Shown in pieces: positions 61,463 through 64,000 of a DNA stretch of 64,000 nt. Each line of letters opens with the position of its first letter. The first letter of the stretch is position 1. The DNA is from Candidatus Humimicrobiaceae bacterium (GTDB taxonomy: Bacteria; Actinomycetota; Humimicrobiia; Humimicrobiales; Humimicrobiaceae), in NCBI GenBank assembly GCA_036514895.1, contig DATBWH010000051.1, positions 122-64,121 on the forward strand, written 5' to 3'. A program made the translations under genes and the position numbers. Under the pieces are notes generated by a model. That model ran no database searches. It was not told the DNA's origin and saw nothing but the letters and a program-made list of their open reading frames with translations.

Positions 61463-61905
61463 TTATGTTCTCCTCTCTTTATTTTTATAATTTCCTGACA
61501 ACAATTTCAAAATTTCTTTATTGGTATTTTTCTTAACTTCGCCATAATAAAATTTTTATTTTCATCACCTTTCCTTTCCATAAACAAAAAACCTCTCCAT
61601 CACTACATAATATTGTAGAGACGAGAGGTTTAATTCCCGCGGTGCCACCCTACTTTGCCCTAAAATCAATATAATTATTGATTCCGGAACACACTTAAAA
61701 TATTTCAGATACTTTAAATACCCTATCCTCTGGTAACGGAGGAAGCCGGCCTGACTTACTCTCTAATAAAAGATTTGAGCCAGACACCTCACAGACCCAT
61801 TCAGACACCAGCTTAGCAACCGCATTCTCAGCTTCAGCGGCTCTCTGTATGCTGCATTCAGTGCTTACTATCTCTGGTCACAGGTTTTGTTGGAAATATT
61901 TAATT
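61463..61905 (-). promoter_or_regulatory. T-box riboswitch leader upstream of trpB2
   Basis: The minus-strand RNA contains AAAGUAGGGUGGCACCGCGGG (T-box consensus AAnnnGGGUGGnACCGCG; plus-strand 61636-61655). A terminator follows directly, with an AACCUCUC/GAGAGGUU stem plus U6 (plus-strand 61585-61630). Confidence 0.65.
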
Positions 61906-61976
61906 TTCAAATAAGCTATTTAATATCAGGTTATGAATACTAGCATAATTCTATAACTTTGTCTAATTCTCAGGAC

Positions 61977-62678
61977 CTATTTATTCTTTATGATTATTGG
62001 ACTTCTTACTTCTCTTTTTAGAGCCATTTCATCAAGTCCGGCCTGGCTTTCAGCAAAATCGATAACAAGGCTTTTTAAGTCCAGCCTTAAAAGGGGAAAA
62101 AGAGGATCGTTCTTTTTTAAATAAAACCCGTTATTTATAAGAAATTTAAACGGAATCAGCGGGCTATCCCAGTACATATCTTCATCTATATCATCATTTA
62201 GTCTTTTGCCTATTGATTCTATGGATTTTGCTTTTTCTTTTATCAATTCTTTTTCTATCTCGATGAGCAGTCTTTTACCTATCCCCATACCTCTGTACCG
62301 GGAAATGACATGGATGCAGCCTAAAAAAGTACTGTCGGGATCGGGCGGATATACATTAAAACTCCGTAGTCTTGGAAAGAGATAATAATTTCCAGCCATT
62401 ATAATCCCTATACACTGCCCTCCGATAAAAGCAGCTTTGATTTTTCCTCCATATTCATTAAAAGCAGCGATTTTTTTTCTATTATTTTTCCTGACGCTTT
62501 TCTCAAATAACTTACCTTTAAGAAATCCTGTCAGTTCACTAATGCTTCTCACTGCAAATAAATCCTTAAAAAAAATTATCCTGCCACGATCAAACCAATA
62601 ACTGCAATCCAGGCATTTTAAATCTATTTTCTCCCGTTTTTTAGGAGATAGATCTTTGATTGTCAAATTCAAATCCAT
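61977..62678 (-). CDS. GNAT-family N-acetyltransferase
   Basis: The acetyl-CoA binding motif RGMGIGKRLL in a 233-aa ORF. Confidence 0.65.
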   Translation of the reverse strand: MDLNLTIKDLSPKKREKIDLKCLDCSYWFDRGRIIFFKDLFAVRSISELTGFLKGKLFEKSVRKNNRKKIAAFNEYGGKIKAAFIGGQCIGIIMAGNYYLFPRLRSFNVYPPDPDSTFLGCIHVISRYRGMGIGKRLLIEIEKELIKEKAKSIESIGKRLNDDIDEDMYWDSPLIPFKFLINNGFYLKKNDPLFPLLRLDLKSLVIDFAESQAGLDEMALKREVRSPIIIKNK

Positions 62679-62836
62679 GTTTAAAAAAGAAAAAACATTA
62701 AATCTTATGCTTTCATAATTATAACACTATGAAGAATTGTTTGAACTTTCAAAATCTCTTTTGAACTTTTGGAGTTTTTAATATATATTACTTATTTACA
62801 AACATTAAGAGCATCAAGACACCTCCTGGACCGGTT

Positions 62837-64000
62837 ATGAGTAAAAAAATTACATTCGATTATTGGAAACATCTATATTCGAATAGAACCGAATATATGT
62901 TTTCCTCTGAAATAAGGGATCTGCTTTCACTCTCGGCAAGACCGGATATAATCTCTTTTTCGGGGGGTCTTCCCGAAGTAAGGGCTCTAAACTTTCAAAG
63001 ATTAGAGAGATATGTCAAAAGAATCCTTAAAACAAATGGGGACATAAGCCTGCAATATGGCGAGTCTGAAGGATATTATCCGCTTAAAACCAAATTAATC
63101 GAAGTAATGAAACTGGAGGGTCTGGATACAGTAGAAGAAGATATAATAACCACAACAGGTGGGCAGCAGGCACTGGACCTATTGGCTAAAATTTTCATCG
63201 ATCCCGGTGATATTATAATCACGGAATCACCGGCATATACGGGAGCATTAAACTCATTCAGGTCATATGAGGCAAAAATAATCGGCATACCCCTGGATAA
63301 AGATGGAATTGACATCTCTATCCTGGAGAAGAAGTTAAAAGAGCTGGGAGATAAAAAAGCCAGAATAAAATTCATATATCTTGTACCTAATTTTTCCAAT
63401 CCTTCCGGAGTGACTTTGAGTCTACAGCGCAGAAAAAAGGTTCTGGAACTTGCCAAAAAATACAATATTATGATTCTTGAGGACAATCCTTACGGAATGC
63501 TTCGATATAAAGACAAACCTATCCCTACAATAAAGGAACTTGATAGTAAAGGCGATGACCATAATGTGATTTACATAAGCACGCTGTCAAAACTTTTTGC
63601 TCCGGGATTCAGAATAGGATGGATCGTGGCTCCACATCCCATACTGGAAAAAATAATACTGGGAGTTCAATCCAGCATACTATGTGTGAGCACCTTTTCG
63701 CAAAGAATTGCTTACGAGTACTTTTCGGACCCATCATGGAGAGATAATATAGATGAATTCATAAAAATATACGCAAAGCGAAAAGATGCTATGATCAAAA
63801 CTCTGGAAGAAAGTTTTCCGGAAGGAACCAGTTGGTCAACACCGAAAGGAGGCTTCTTCGTCTGGTTAAAACTTCCTCATTATCTGAATACCAAAGAAAT
63901 TCTGGCTGATGCTGTCAGAAATAATGTTGCCTATGTTCCGGGAAGCGCCTTTTATGCTGACGACAGGGGAATCAATGAGGCCAGGTTAGCATTTTGCACA
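62837..64000 (+). CDS. PLP-dependent aminotransferase, class I/II fold (partial, runs off window end)
   Basis: An open frame from the ATG at 62837 to the window end. It contains the NPSG and STLSKLFAPGFRIGW (PLP-lysine) motifs. It is absent from the ORF track because no stop codon falls inside the window. Confidence 0.8.
   Translation, partial: MSKKITFDYWKHLYSNRTEYMFSSEIRDLLSLSARPDIISFSGGLPEVRALNFQRLERYVKRILKTNGDISLQYGESEGYYPLKTKLIEVMKLEGLDTVEEDIITTTGGQQALDLLAKIFIDPGDIIITESPAYTGALNSFRSYEAKIIGIPLDKDGIDISILEKKLKELGDKKARIKFIYLVPNFSNPSGVTLSLQRRKKVLELAKKYNIMILEDNPYGMLRYKDKPIPTIKELDSKGDDHNVIYISTLSKLFAPGFRIGWIVAPHPILEKIILGVQSSILCVSTFSQRIAYEYFSDPSWRDNIDEFIKIYAKRKDAMIKTLEESFPEGTSWSTPKGGFFVWLKLPHYLNTKEILADAVRNNVAYVPGSAFYADDRGINEARLAFCT

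Noticed and set aside
63076-63486. A 136-aa minus-strand ORF.
   Set aside because: It is antisense within the clearly conserved partial aminotransferase CDS (62837-64000, plus strand) and has no motif support.

Overview
This is a gene-dense, AT-rich bacterial chromosomal window (about one-third GC by eye) with most genes on the minus strand. All calls come from reading the six-frame translations for recognisable motifs. No database search was run, and GC content, sequence comparisons and RNA structures were judged by eye.

Housekeeping blocks follow the gene order seen in Firmicutes-type monoderm bacteria:
- A purine operon, purB-purL(single-chain large form)-purF-purM-purN-purH.
- tilS-hpt-ftsH followed by a folate cluster (folE, folP, a folB-folK fusion), then coaX and a tRNA dihydrouridine synthase.
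- rho-rpmE-thyX-DUF1385-prfA-prmC.
- lon, rex, and an LCP-family (cell-wall polymer transferase) gene.

The accessory and unusual content is:
1. A Tad/Flp-type pilus locus (cpaB, cpaE-like, cpaF, tadB, tadC, then an flp pilin and two TadE-like pseudopilins) with no secretin and no prepilin peptidase. It ends in a short SSB paralog that lacks the acidic tail (SsbB-like). A CAP/YkwD-domain gene on the opposite strand sits inside the locus, behind a structured leader with a terminator/antiterminator arrangement.
2. A tightly overlapping six-gene operon: VOC/glyoxalase, D-lactate dehydrogenase, an ICMT-like membrane methyltransferase, an SPL-like radical SAM enzyme, a Cys-rich DUF3795 protein and an NAD(P)H:quinone-oxidoreductase-like flavoprotein.
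3. A T-box leader upstream of a stand-alone trpB2.
4. tRNA-Pro(CGG) with a nearby 21-nt duplicate of its 3' end in a degenerate tRNA-like remnant, which may be an attachment-site scar.
5. An initiator tRNA-fMet.
6. A DUF2089/small membrane protein/YvlB-N-like trio, and an XRE regulator/large membrane protein/DgkA module.

No CRISPR array, transposase or integrase was seen.
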